NCBI GenBank assembly: GCA_964187785.1
Contig: OZ076413.1
Span: 48,176,001-48,240,000, forward strand
Direction: 5' to 3'
Source of the DNA: Amphiscolops sp. MND2022
Lineage: Eukaryota
DNA: 64,000 nucleotides
Under the pieces are notes generated by a model, which worked only from the letters and a program-made list of their open reading frames with translations, was not told where the DNA came from and searched no databases. Shown here piece by piece: positions 13,864 to 28,800 of the stretch; positions within the stretch are counted from its first letter, which is position 1; every line of letters starts with the position of its first letter. Both the position numbers and the translations under genes were made by a program.

Positions 13864-16800
13864 CTAAACATGCAAAAATCATTTGAAATACTTTGAAAAC
13901 ACCCACTTTCCTCAGATAGTTTTCAAAATCGATGAAACAGTATTGATGAAAGCAGCTTATTGTGGATTTCAGTTGCCAAAAATTGATATTGTGGGGAAAC
14001 ATCCACAATACTGTTATAACCTAAAATATTTTTCAAAATGAAAGCACAATAAAAGGTAGTAAAGGAGTATATTTTAATTATTTTGAGGTATTTTCATTTC
14101 ACGTTTAGTGCCAAATATACCATGCAATTTGTATTTCTTGGAAACAAATATGGCGCCTGGAAGTCTTAGTCATGAACAAATACATGAACAACTCAAGACT
14201 TTAAAGTGGCTAGATTGAAGCCAGCCAGGAACAGTCAGATTTGAAAGCAAGACAACTTTTGGGAAAAGTTCTTTAAAGAAGACTACAGCCAATGCGCTGG
14301 TAGAGACGTGACTCTATTTCGCAATCGTAAAAGTTCAAAGAGAGCTTGAATGGAAGACAGCGGCTTTGAAAAGCTTTGAAATTGTCGAAAGCAATGAAGT
14401 AAAACAATAAGTGCGAGCAAGGTCTACCGGAACTAATTCAAAGTACTTCGTTCTGTCTCCGTTAATTGCGAGCTTCAATGGAAAAACAAAGTGTGAACAA
14501 AAATATTGCGAAAAACATGTGACCAAGTTAGCAGGTTGTTTAAAAGAGGAGCCGGCTGAAGGGAGTTGAAATACTTACAGTCACTTAATGTTCAAAGTGA
14601 ATTTTTATGGCAAAGCTGCAACATTTGCTCAAAATGGATATTGCACTTTGAAGGCAACTACTGGAAAGCTTCAATAACACTATATTACTCAACAAATGCT
14701 GTAACTTGGGTTCAAAAGTTTCAATTCAAAATTTTGTTGGATTACAAATGTCAAAATGTCTAAAAATTCATAGAAATTAAATTGCATAGATTTCCTCTCA
14801 GTGCTTCACATTTTCTCAATGTTTGCCACAGGAGATAAAAGTTTCCGCACTTTGTTGTTCAATTATTCAAGTTTTGTTCTACAACTTGCTTGAATAATTG
14901 TCGGAATAATCTGTCACAAATGGTAAATCATGGTTACAATTATAAATAACTGATAGATTTAATGCGTCTAAGAATCGCATTTTTCAATTTTTCCTTTGTT
15001 TTTTATACGACAAAATGACAATGTACGTCTACATGAACCATTAAAAGATGCATGATTTTACATGAGTACCCACTGAATGTTTTTGTAGGCATTTTTACAA
15101 AAAGGAAAACAGTTTTGCCGAAAAAGGTCAATTCGTGGCAAAATTAAATTCTCCAGCAGAAAATGTATTGATTTAAACAAAAAAACATAATGGCCTGTTT
15201 CATGTTTGTGATCAAAAATTACTAGTCCTTGGAAATCTTTGGCTATCCTTGAATTCACAATTTTATATGTACCGGTCATATCGACTCTTGCAAACTTCAT
15301 GAAAGTGCTACTTATTATTTTATGGTTCTGTAAAAATGGGTTTCTGATTTATTTGGCTACAAAGATTGCATATTCAAAATACTCTAAAAAATAAGCATTT
15401 CATTATATGTAATTCAAAAACTCGTGGAGTGATTTTTGAGACCCTTCCAGGTGACGAAAATACCAGGAATCAAAATTTGATTACATGGAGCTTTTGATTT
15501 CGCAAATGCCATGTTGAAATTTCGTCATGGTGGAAATAGTGACTCCCTCGGCATTTTGTGTGATTACGTCTGCTGATTTTTGATAACCTTTCAATTTTCC
15601 CTTTTTGTTCGATTTTTCCCGCCATCTCTCCGTAATCAAAATTGATGGGAAATGCTAATGGATTTTTATACAAACAACCTTTCTCAAGCAGATTGGCATT
15701 TGACAAAATTAGGTTTTCAACAATTTTGTGAAATGGTTTTCCCAAGAATAGTTTAAACCTGAGTAATTTTTTTTGAAAATTGTGGAAACATAATTGCTTC
15801 GCTTGAATAAGAAGTCACGCTGCTTGCGCTTTTGATCAACTTATGATGTCTTTTCTGTTGTGTTTGCATTGGGACAGAAATCGATGGAACAAAGTCAAAA
15901 CTCCTGACTGGCGGGGCGTGAACGGAAAAATGAAGGACTGCCTACTTTCAAGGAATAACTTTGACACATGTCCAATATTAAATTATGAAGGTTGAAATTG
16001 CGGAAATTCTCTCATCTTGGATACTGAAAGACTCCGAAAACTGATTGACTAATTCCGAAAACATGTCATTAGCATCTTTCATATTTTTCAGTGTTTGAAA
16101 TCATTTCCGACAAACATTTTCATGTGAAAGTAGGGTTTGTCTCTTAATTTAGAGGCGGCTCTTTAGGACGCTAAGGACCCTTGAGATAAAAAAAATCGTA
16201 AAAAGTGATAAGAAATAATTTTTTGAAAAAGCGAACATTGTAGGATGTACTGCATAAAAGTAGCAGATATTGTGAGAAAAAAACAATGGATTCTTTTTAA
16301 AAGCCATTTGTTTTTCATGTGCGGATTATATTTAAGCCATAATTTCGAAGTTCGGCTGATCTACGAAAACAACTGTCTCCTTGTTGGAAGTTTCTAGAAG
16401 ATTGCCTCTCAAAAATACCAGGTTTGAAATGCACTCATCTTTTAGGTATTCGACCACTTCAAAATGGTCTACCCTAGTTGAGACTGCTTGAATTTTTTAC
16501 ATGATTTTAGAGGCTACCAAGCACTTTTAGCATGATTTTTAGAGTTTCATAGAGAATCATTAATGCTAAATATTTCCCTGATGCAATGCTATTTCTTCAA
16601 GTATTTATTAGGATTTCTTTACAAGTTCAAGGGAAATTTTTCGTAAAATTTTCCATGTTTTTGCGGGCAAAACTTCAAATTTTGCGAGTGCTGAAGCTAC
16701 AATATGATGTAAACAAAATTTTTGCGTGTGCCAGTGTGGCAAACAAATTCGTATATCTGGAATTTTTTTTCGATGAAATTTTTTTTTGCTTGGAAACTGT

Positions 16801-19800
16801 TTCAAACCTTAATTGTTATATCTTCCTGAGTTCTTCGAGGTTTTTTGGGGAACTACTTTGAGAGCGGAATATTAGAATCAACTGCTTTGATTGGGTGAAA
16901 TTTTTCATCGCAGTAAATCAGAAAAAAAAGAGAAACTGAGGAAAACAAAATCCCAAAACCTTCTGTGGGTATTTTCGTCGGTTTTGTGCGAGAAAAAGAA
17001 GAAAATCGCCTATTTTTCAAGAAAAACTACAAAAAATTTCCAAAAACAAAAATTCTAATTCGCAAGTTTCAGTCAAAATGACGGCAATATTCAGTTAATT
17101 TCTGATTAGTGAGAAGCATGATAAAGTCACTGTGTTGTGAAATAACGCCTAAATTTTACTGTATTCATCATTTTCAGTCGTAATTCCTGTGTTTAGACAT
17201 CTCTTCAGCATTTTTAGTCGCTACTTCAGTGTTTGGACCTTTTTTCTTTGATATTAGTCCTTATTCCGGTAAAATCATATTATCTGTGGAATAACGCCTG
17301 AAGCACTTCATTTCGGCAAAATTGAATTGACTGAAAAAATTCACTGATGAACTCAGCAGAGTTATGGAACTAGATGCGTATATCGTGTTTTTAAATATTG
17401 GAATGATTCTTTTTCTCGTATCTTTTTCAATTGAAAGTTTTTCTTTTGCCTCTTTTTTCAGCCATTATGGACGTTCAGGATTATAGCAATACTGTTATCG
17501 ACAAGATTTTTTTGAATAAGTGGAGATTTGGGCTAAGAAAACGGTCATTTTTGAAGAAAATGTTGACAGTCTTGCATGGATTTTTTTTCAAAATTGCTTT
17601 AAGCAGCTTGGACATTTTTTCAAAGCACAGGGAAATGCTGCCTAATTTTTCTATGTTTTTAAAAGAATTAGCCTGCGCGCAATAATGCTGCATGTAAAAA
17701 GTTCCTGTAGTTTCGACCAGGGTAGACTTCGATATAGATTCATGAGCAGAAGCTGATATGCTAAAAATGAGAGCTCCTAGCACTAAAAGTTGTAACGGCA
17801 AGCTCTGGTACAGCAATATCAACCGATTTTGAAACTTTGACATGTTCAGAAATTTTGTCAAAAATTCTAATCCGATGTGTGACGTGGCACTGAGCATGTG
17901 ATTGCTCTTTTTGCTGTTTCCACGAAATTGGCAGGTACTTCGACAACAAAGAGCAAGAACGAGCAAAAACACGGGCGCGCCGCCATGACAGAAGCCAGAG
18001 ACGGCAAGAACATCCGAAAATAGACTCTTTTTGAGGTGCTAACACCGGTTTTATCGATTTTCAGCATTATGCTACCCTATGTAGCGGAAACCGTAAAAAT
18101 GAGTCTTTTCGCCTAAAGATCCTTGTTTGGTGCTTGGAGCCCCTGCGCCCCAGCTTTTTAGCTGTGTGGTTTGCCATATTCGTGCCTGTTTTCATGTATT
18201 TACAGTGATTTTGGCTGTATTCAGTAGCGCTAGCGCTAGTTTAGATCTTATGCCCCAATTTTAGATCTTATTCACATGTCACCCTGGAACTGGAAATTTA
18301 CCTTATTCTTGGCATTGTTTTTATATGCTAGTTAAGCGGTGGTCTTTAGAGAGCCAGAAAGATGCCCGTTACTATTAGCAATCAAAGACTAGGACCGGTT
18401 GGACAGTATTCGTCGAAGCACCCGCGGCCCCGGGACGTATTTCACCCCTGGAGGCAAAATGGATCTGTGGCGATGGGCGCCTGTCCCGAGCGATTCACCC
18501 ATTCCTGCAGGTTCCTCCACCTCTGTTAACGTGTTAAGCGACCGATAACTGCTTGCCGTTACAAGTTGTTAATCGAAGAGGTGTAGAAATGGAATTGCAT
18601 TTCAGTCGAAAATGCCGTCTCAGCTTCAGAAGTTAGTTAGAGTTCACAGAGCCTGTAAATTTATCTCGCTGACTACATGGAATGTATACAAAATGTATAT
18701 AAAAACTTTTAGAATGCCAAGCATTGATTATAATTTTTCACTTCATGATGTTGCGAAATACTTGTTCCAAGTCGCAATATCTGCTATGTTGAAAATTCTT
18801 ACTTCATATTCGATGTCATAGCTGTTCAAGTGTAGCAAATCAGCGATGACGTCATCTGAAGCTCCAGAAATGAGATCATTGCAGTTGGAGGCATCGCAGG
18901 TCAGATTCTCGATATCGGTCATTGACCCCCAAAGTTCGGGGTCATCCATGAAAGCAGGCAAGGGAGGCAAATCTCCATCGCACCAGCTGGAAAACGAATA
19001 AAATACATTAATACTAGTTTTCAGCCTCTTTCCAAAAGACTCCACGTTTTTGGAATTGCCCTTTGATCATCTTCAACTTTCAAACTATGGTACCATATTT
19101 GCAGTCAAGTGGTCAAGCCATGATCTACTTGAAGCTGCGGTCTCGCAACGACTTGCTCAAAGTCACAAAGGTCTGACTGCTCACCGTTGTAATTTTTGTT
19201 TTTCTTTTCCTCCGCCAAATGCATTATTTTTTGTAATGTCCATACTACTAAGCTAGGGTTGAAGGACGTGTTTAAGGTCCAGCAATGGTGAGTTGAGAGA
19301 GATTCGAACCTGATACCGCCTCAGTAGAGACCGAATGCACTAACCACTATACCATCAGGAGCTCTAAAGAAACCAGTTTATCCTACGAACGAGTTGCATG
19401 ATAAATTCATTCAGCTGCTCATTGCCAGTGGGCTTCCATTTTCGTTCACATTTCATTCATGCTTTTCAGGGAATCCACTGACTAAATATTTCATTTTACT
19501 TCATAGTAGTAAGAAAGCAGTTTTAATACCACTAGATTTTCTTAGTTCCGAATATTTCTTCATAATTCAAGGAAATCCGTCCAAAATAACAATGAAAGCT
19601 CCACAATTCCTAGATCCTAATCACTGGTATTAATTGGGATTTCCCAAGAAGTGTGAAAACAGATTGAGAGAGCATGTTGCCAATTTGGGGAAAATCTCAG
19701 GAATGTTGACAATTGAATTGAATGAAAGTTCTTGTTAATCTCGTTTTTGCATTGATTTGAAATTGAAAAGTAAAGAACACTTGCGAGTTTGTATGCTTGT

Positions 19801-22800
19801 TGAAGAAAATACCAACGTAGATTAAATTCTGGACCAAGTTGCATTGGCTTTATGGAACGCAACTTTTGCATGAATTAAATTTGGTGGCAAAACAACTTGG
19901 AAAAACGTTTGCAGATAATATCGGGAAATTTCGAAAAACGTTATTTTTTGGCCTCACAAAGTTATCTTCTACCGCGAACATGATTTGATTCGTCTCTCAG
20001 ATTCACATACTTTTCGTAATCAAATATCTAAGGTGTGACCAAAGCCTTTGCGAAATACCAGAAGTTTATAATTCCAATATCATATCTCCATGCATGGTTC
20101 ATGCTGTGCCATTCTAAAAACCAATATGGCAAGCATGGAGTTACATAGGATCTCAGTGCGGGCAATTGGCTCGTCGTGATTCATTAAAACTCATAGCAGC
20201 GCTCTTGTCGTAATTTTTTTATCTGAAAACTTATCAAAACAACTTACTCAGAAGCTGATAAGAAACTCAAGAAGGGATCAGTTTGACAGGCCACTGTGTT
20301 GGTTTCTCTGCTTGTTGCTTCCTTGTTTGAATTAGCAACTGATTTGGTATCTGCGTTCTCGGCAGTGTCTTCTGTTTCTCGGGAAGAAGCGTTTCGTGGA
20401 ATTTGTCTGAGAACTGTGAACTTGACTGGGTCACAACTCTGCTTGATGATGTTCACGGCTTCTTCGTGTCCCACGTTTTCTAGGCTCGTTTCATTCACCT
20501 AAACATTCCCAACTTATATTTCAACTTTTTGAAAATTTGCAGCAGTGAAATTCGATGGAGAATATTTGCAGCGAAATTTTTGACAGACTTCGTGGGTTAG
20601 AATGTTGACTGTCAAATTCAATGTAGAACGCTAGGGAGAGGTGTGGGAAATAAAGCGTACCAGTGTACTGTTATACTTTTATTCCAAGGATATTTTCAGC
20701 GAAATAGGTAATTTCCCCAATTCCATGGGGTGGACATGTCGAGTAAGCAGTTCTGCTACTCTAAGTCAGCGCTTTTTTTTCAGATACTATCTCCCCAAAT
20801 CGATAAGGTGCAAGGTGTATGAAAAAACTAATGCAAATCAGAACTTGCAAAACTTGATAGCCTGGGATTGCCGTCGCATCTTCTAGGTAGCTTGATGAAC
20901 GTAGATAAAAACAGTGAAATTTCAATTTAGGGTATTTTCCGAGGGAGTTTCAACCGAAAAAAAAAAGAAAACAAGCGATACGAGCGTTTTGGAATCACTC
21001 ACAGCGAGAGAATTTTTGAAGAAAAAAAAACAAACAAGACGGGAACGTCTGAAGTCGGCGCTATATCTACGGCACAAAAAGCGCAAAGTTTTTTTAAAAT
21101 TGTAAAAGGGAGACCCTTTGGGCTTTTTGAAAATCCAGCTTGTTGCAAAACATCAAAAACATGAAGAATTGTAATGAAACAACTGAATTTTATCGTCGCT
21201 GCAATGTTGAAAGAAAAAGTTGAAATCACTGTATTATTCACCTTTGGAAAAATTGCAAAGAAAAAATGGACAGTGAAAAAAATTTCTATGGAAAACTATC
21301 TTCGGTGTCTTGCTTATTTCCCAAAGTTGAATGTGAAATATCATAAACTTGAAGATTGATTAGATTCACGTTCTCGCTTTTTTTTCTGCAAAATTTTATA
21401 ATTTTGGCCGGAAAAAAAGGTGTATACATGATGTTCAATCTAAACACAAAAGTAAAAACATTCATTTTTCAGTGAAATTCGATTGTGTAAAAGCCAATCA
21501 CTTGGGTCGAATTCATTTAGTTCCGAGAATTAATCAAACACCAGTCCTTGAGTAAAAATTTCCTAATTAAAAAAAATTTCCGTAAAATCCGACAGTTGCA
21601 ATTTTCTGAGACGGCTTTTGCTAGGTTTTCTGCATGTTTGCTTTTTCTAGCATGGTTTCGCAAGTTTATACTTTTTTGCAAGATTCATTAATTTCCCTCT
21701 TGAACGCTAGGGAGAGCTGTGGGAAATAAAGCGTACCATTGTACTGTTTCAAATTTTATTCCCAGGATATTTTCGGCTAAATAGTTAATTTCCCCAATTC
21801 CGTGGGGTGGACATGTCGAGTAAGCAGTTCTGCTACTCTAAGTCAGCGCTTTTTTTCGGATACTACCTCCCCATAGCTATCTATTGTACAATATTAGCAG
21901 CCAAATGGTCAAGCTATGGTCGACTTGAAGCTGTTGTTTCAAAGTGACTTGCTCAAGGTCACAAAGTCCTGAGTTCTCACCGTTGCTCTTTTTATTTTGC
22001 TTTTAACTGCCAAATGCGTTTTTTTTGCCATGTCAATGCCACCAAGCTAGGGATGAAAGATTTGCTCAAGGCCTAGCAATGGTGTGTTGTGAGATTCGAA
22101 CCTGATACCGCCCCAGTACTGGACGAATCCTCTAACAACTACACCATGCTACCGCTAAACCATGCTCCCCTACACAAAACTTTGCCTTCTTCTATCAAGA
22201 TCTAAAAATACAATTTGTTGTGCACGACATGTAACGTTAAAATGAATTCATGTAGTATTCAAACAGTAATTTACGAACACTATTTGTGAAGAAGAACACG
22301 TCTCTTCATGAAGAGCTTCAGCACCGGTGAACATTTGGCGATTTGTGAAATGTTTTTGCGGTTGAACACTATCAAAATCAAAATTGATGATACGTTAATT
22401 TGACATATTGATGAATTCTAACTAAACTACTTCAATTACCCCTCTCTAGGGGGTTTAACTCGCCTACATGACTGTAGCCAGAGGTAACAGTCCAATCCCC
22501 CAAAGCGGATGAATGGCTCTTGAAAACCACAATCGATTCCCGCCCATAACACTTGAACACAGCAGTGTGGTTACACTTAGACTACTTTAACTAAGAGGCT
22601 TATTCTAACAATACGTTGCACATCCGTTGCTGAGGGCGGTAAGTACGAATATCAGCCGACCATGACGGCTTAACTTCAAGTCTGCACAAACTGGTCGATA
22701 ACTGTCAATCAAAGCATCAATCATGCCTGATATCGCGTTCGATGAATCATTCAACTGTAATACTCTGTGGTTGTCATTTCACGCGTACTTTTAACATGCT

Positions 22801-25800
22801 TCTATCAAAATTACTCACTGGGTATGAATCAGAAAAAAAATACAAAAGACAACCTGACAATAATACTGAACGGAAACAGTACCCCTGAAAAAATAGATAC
22901 AGCATAAAAATGCGTCATACTAATTGCCAATTACTTAAATCAGCTTAAAATAACAATACTCCAGTGCGCTGATTATTATTGAGTGAAGAGGAAAAAATAA
23001 GATTAAAAATTACTTTTCAAAAAGAAAATCTTCAAAGATAGAGCATATCCGAAAACCTAATAGAGCGCGGTTCAACAATTAGGATTAATAATTAGGATTT
23101 CCAATATACCCTATTGCTACTGAGACTTTTTTGAAAAAGAAAAGAGTATATTTTCTAATATAATGTCTTTGTTTTCAAAGCAGAATTGTTAGAATGGTGA
23201 GAGCTAGAATATTTCAAAGCATTTTATCCCAAAGTTAAGACTGCCCATTTTTCACACCTTTGTTGAAATTTCTATTAATTTGAAAATTTTCATTTTCTTG
23301 TCCACACTTTTTTCCACCTGTTCTCGGAAATGCAAACACCGTCATAATTGAATGTAATACACCTCCGCCTACTTTGAAATGCAATATTGGTTTACTTGCA
23401 AATTGGAAGAAGATCGTGTTCCAATTTGCTCGAGCTTGGGTAACTCTCTAATTTTAGAATGGAAAAATCGCAATTAAATTTTGAAATGGTTGAATATTTG
23501 GGTAGCGACAGTTTCAAGGGGTCGGGCTACAGTCCTAGAAGAAGTGGAAGTCAGTCGGTTCGGTTCAACAAAGCCTTGATGTGGGAAAAGGTATGTTGTC
23601 TTTGAACGGAAGACTTATTTGCAAAGAAAGGAAAAGTTGGATTTAATCTAAATGCCACGGAGTTACATCAAAGGGCATGAGATAAAAACTAAAAGAAATG
23701 CCTCATGCAAGAGACGAAGCAAATTTTGGTGCGTCACTGCAATAATTGTTGCTCAGTTTTCCGCAGAAGCACGTGACTAAATGCAATTAGATGGAGAGCA
23801 GGCCAAAATATTGGAGCCCAAATATAGGAAGGAGTCTCTTAGCTGCGACCACGATGGCACTGAAGCAGTCATGAACAGATTGTGAATAAATGTTGAACAG
23901 AACGGAGAATTTTTGTATCTCAGCCAAACACAGTGAATGCTGCTTCTTCAGCCATGTTTGGTTGCCAACTTTATTGGCAACACAAATTATAGGATCCGAA
24001 AGGAAGGTCTATTCATTCACGTGGGAATATAAATATTTCATTACTCATTCAGTCGTGGAAAGGCGTGATTAGGTTGACGCGAGGAACGCCTCTTTGTCAG
24101 TGATACAAAACTGCATCTCGAGAAAAGCCTATCTCAGTGAAAATCAAGACACTGTTGAAGGCTAACTACATAAGTGTTTTTTCTTTTCCAGCATATTTTT
24201 CAAAGAAAGTGCTTAAAAACTTCGTCATCTATGCGCTGCAAGCTGTTATGAGACAAAATAATTCCAGCCTTCAGAGTGCAGATAGAAATAAAAGGAAGCT
24301 TGGATGTAAGATGAGCACTTCGAACAAAGGCTATTTTTCACAATCAGGCCGGCTGAGTTCTCCTAGGCTTTTTTGATGGGGGTCAAATCAACTGCAGAAA
24401 TTCAAGAACTGACATCAATTTTTTGTGACAATTGTTGTGACAATTTGAGTAATTGGTGAACTTGGTGTCATTTGTTTGATTAATTATAATGTGAATCCGA
24501 GAGCTGCCACAAAAATTCCGTGATTAATTCATGTTACTTTGAAATTTTCTAATTTCGCTTTGACCTATTTTTGGTTGAATGTTACGTTTCTCCGAAAATC
24601 AAACAAGCATTTTGTGAAAATGTTTTAATGGCTGTTAGAGTTGCCAACTTAGCTAAATGTTGGGCGTGAATGCACGAACAACAGAAAGCAAATCATGAGA
24701 AAAAGTTTTTTAAAGTAAATATTTTCATTCAAAATTCACTTCATGGAGCAAAACAAAAAAAACAAAAGGTTAGGACACAAAGGAGTTTCTCAATTATAAT
24801 CGGAAGAATGGAACAACTCCAAAGGTGAACGCCCTTGAAATGTGATCTACAGCAACAACAAAAATTGGTAGTCAATGGATGTTTATCTTTTGTAAAAAAC
24901 TCCATGCCTTCCAGGAACATTGAATTCACCTTTGGTTTTCCAAAAATGATATTCCTACAGTTAATAATGGCATGGAATGTCTATTTGAAAAAAAAGTCAT
25001 GGAGTACTTTTTGAAAATGTGCAAGCCTATTTGTTTCTATAAGCTACTGCTTAATAATTTAGACCCATTACTAAAATTCTAAACATCAAACACAGCCGGA
25101 TGCGAAACATTTTTGACAATTTTTCCAAAGTTTACAATGGCCAAAGCACCTATAAAATTCTACAGAGACAAAAAACTGACTTTTGAAGAAATAGACCCAA
25201 TGATTTTATTTCATAGTGCCGAACATGTATTTCCGAATTTTTCAACCCATTTTCCTCTTTTCATTTCGTAAAACAAAAAACAGAAACGGGACAAAAAATC
25301 AGGTTTTGTCCAAGAACTTTCTACTTTGTCCAAGAAACAAGAAATCTGAAGTTTGTTACGAAATCACGAATGAGAGCAAAGCTAAAAACAGCAAAAGCAA
25401 GTTTACCTGGCAAACGTTTGCTATTTTCCGTCCAAATTTCAAATGGAAAAGGAAAATATTTAAATCAAACGGTTTTTTTTACAAATTTTGTCAAGTTCCA
25501 AATTTATATCCAAGTCAAAGGGTTTAACCCATGAAATTCATCTAATGTAAAACTAGTATCATGCGATATGTATTTGTAGACAATTTTGGACTTTTTTTGG
25601 TTGACCTCAAAGGCCCGAAAATGACCCCAAAAATGACATAAACTGCAAAATTTTCCAATTTTTAACAATTTTATGCTATTTTTTTTCAAGATTATGAGGT
25701 TCAATTAACGCAACTGAAAAATCAAATGTCAAATCCCACGATATAAAGTTAAGAGTGTACCAAGTTTTCAAATCAAATTAAGTTTCTGTGCCGAATCGTT

Positions 25801-28800
25801 ATATTCTTCGTCGACTTTCTTCGCTTCTGTCAAATACTACGACAACATTCGATTTTTCATTCAGCAGCTTCAAATGCGTTCGATATGTAGACTGAACAGA
25901 AAAGCACACGACACGTGGTACTTTTCAAAGTGTTAACGTTTTGATGTTCAGTTCAGCTGTGACTTGCAGGGTCGAATTTTGTCAAATTTTCAAAGATTTC
26001 TTGACCACGTTTTTACAATGTTGGAAACGTTGTCGAAGAAGCTTTTTTGAAATAAAGGCAATTTTTCAATGAAAAATGCCTCGTATTGTGACTGAAATTT
26101 TATTTAAAAAACAAAAAAATCATATTTCGATAAACTTGCTGGCTTGGAATGTTAAACACGTTCAATAAAGAAACAATTCGTTGTCCAGATGGCTTCTTTG
26201 AAGAGAAAATGCTTTTTTTTGAAAAAAGGCCTCAAATTTAGACCGAAATTGCAGAATTTCCAACAAGTTCAGTTTTTCAACGTTTTAATGAAGTTTTTGC
26301 CTAATTTGCAAAAGACTCGGTGGTTTTCGGAAGGCTTGTGTAAGGTAATAAACGCAGTTTTTAATGAAAAAGTGCTCAAATTGCGACCGATAATGACAAA
26401 ATTCCAAATTGTACTAATTTTTCATGTTTCTTCGCACCTTTTGTCAAATTTTTAATATATGTCGTGGATAAGGACGTTGAAAAGGTTCAACAAGTAATGA
26501 ACTTGTTGTTCAATAGGGTTGTTCGGGTAGCAAAATCCAGTTTTGTAAGAAAAATTACTCTCAATGACTCCAACTTGTCAAAACATTTCATTTTTTTTAC
26601 AATTTTCGATATTCTAACGCAATTTTTGTAAAGATTTCAACGTTTCCATGAAGTAGGTCTCTGCAAGCATTCAACAACAACTGACATCGTTGTCCAGTAA
26701 GCTTTTTGATGGGATAAATGCAGTTTTTCGATGAAAAGTATGCTTCAATTTCATCCCAAAGCTGTCGAAATTTCCAAAAATTTCTAGTTTATGTAGCCCT
26801 TCCATGATATTTGGGTATAGTTTTCGAGAGTTTTTGTGAGAAAAATGTGTATGTAGTATTCTTTTTTGACTACAGTGTTCTACATCAGAAACACTTTAAA
26901 ACCACCCTAGTTAGTCGGAAACAAAAAAAAAACTAAAATTAAACATTTCTTATGCAGAATTTCTGCTTTTTTCGAGAAGTTCCAATCGTGGAAAGAATGA
27001 AAATGTTCACCAGTGAACAAATGCGTTATCGAGTAGGCTTTTTGAAGGTCAATTGCAGTTTCACGTTTGAAAGGAGCCTCAAAATGAACTCAAAATAGTT
27101 GAAAAAATCCAAATTGGGCAGTTGTTTGACAATTGAGTGAATATTAATAAAAGTTACCGAAATTTCGTGTATTTTGGAAACTCCAAGATTTTTATATCGG
27201 CATGCAGAATGTTTAGAAAAAATTTACAATTTTGTATGTAAGAAGTTCGACAGAACGACTAAAATGATCAAATAATTGAAAATTTTCTCGTTTTTACATT
27301 TTTTATAGACTTTTTTGTAAAGCCTTCGAGCATTTTCGTATTTCCACAACGCTTGAACTCGGTATCTTATAGACGTTGTTTTTGAAAAGACAATTGCAAT
27401 TTCTCAGAAACGTGCCTCAAATGACCTCAAAATTGTCGAAAAACAAAACATTTCGCAATTTTGACGTTTTTAGTGAATTTTCGTTCAAAGTTGGTCACAA
27501 AAAAATGGTGTTTAGGTTTTGGTATCCACACAGGCCGACAAAAAGATAATAGGTGTTCAGTGTGTTCTTGTAGTGTTTTCTTCTGAAACGGGGTGACAAT
27601 AAACAAAAGTATCAAAAATTTTTTCATTAAACTTCAATGCGTTTTCATAGTGCGAAGGCTACTCTTGAGCCTCAAAAATATGTTTTTGCTATAACAGTTT
27701 GGACGGAGAGTATCCTGGTAGTCAGCCGGTGTCTTGTTTGAAGAAATCTTTGAGGATCATGGTTTAGTGGTCAGAGCATTAGACCTGTGCTGGTGCGGAA
27801 TCAGTTTTGAACATTTTTTGGATGTTGAGCAACTTCTCTTCAACTAGTTTTCTAGGTATCGGCATGGAAATCACCTTGATGGCAAAACCAAAAACGCAAT
27901 GACAAGCATTCAGACGTATGAGACTTTAAGCAACTTCTTTTAAAACTGCAGCTTGAAGTTAACACTTGCGTGACCGCGAGGTTATGTTGTAACATGGCAG
28001 TTGAAAAGGGGACCGGCCCAGGAAAGCGAAAACGACAGGAACACGGAATTCTGAAACTATCTTTTTTCTTCTTTTTTTATTTCAACTTTTTCATGCAGTT
28101 AGCGTATTTTTTCTTGCTTTTTTGAATATGGGTATCCAAAGAGCTCAACAAACAATTAGCTACTTGTCAGATGTTTTTTGGTAACAGAGACAATTTTTAA
28201 TTTTTTTACAGATTGATCCAAAAATGAGTGTCAAAAATTTTGAATTTCTTGAATCTTTCTGCAAGTTCGTACTTTATTAGCTGTGCTCGAGCTTTGACAA
28301 TATGTCATGGCAAAGTGTTTTGGGGTTGAAAACTTTTCAGGGGACGTCTTGTCCTACTAAAATGAATCTGTGATCACATGCCTTTGAGCCTTTTATTTTG
28401 ATTTATGATAAACACGATACACTTTTATTCAAGTAGAAGAGCTTTTTTGGACAGTACTGCATTAGAGACTGTCAACCGATTTTTAGACAGTCTTGAGCAC
28501 CAGTTTTGAATAAATTTTCGGTTCATAAACGAGGTTCATTCAGACTAATTACTTTCTTTTAAGATTAACAATTTTCACTGTCAAATTCAGTTGATTAATC
28601 AATAACTTTCAACCCCCAAATATGGCAATTTGATTACAAAGCGACTTCTCGTTCGTTTGTGAAAGGCCTGGTAAGTTTTCTCAGCGTACCAAGTAAGCAA
28701 AGAAGAAGTTTCGACGGGCATCCCGTTGATTTTCGCACGGTCGAACTGTTTTAGCTTACAATAGTAGGTCAGTATAGTAGGTATCATTGTTTGTTGCTTT

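Noticed and set aside
17345..17372. Hammerhead ribozyme core (CTGATGA plus short stem)
   Set aside because: The required GAAA after stem II is missing, and stems I and III were not found.
17431..18067. Cluster of 66-163-aa ORFs
   Set aside because: No recognisable motif and no fit to the PDZRN exon chain.
19286..19359. tRNA gene
   Set aside because: A and B boxes are present, but the acceptor and anticodon stems pair poorly and it is attached to a repeated body, so it is a SINE head.
20223..20247. 25-nt mini-intron after exon 5
   Set aside because: Splicing there gives an immediate stop; the phase-2 exon at 18986 fits instead.
22810..22890. Exon-like splice signals on the minus strand
   Set aside because: PDZ1 is already complete without it, and the sequence is T-rich and not coding-like.
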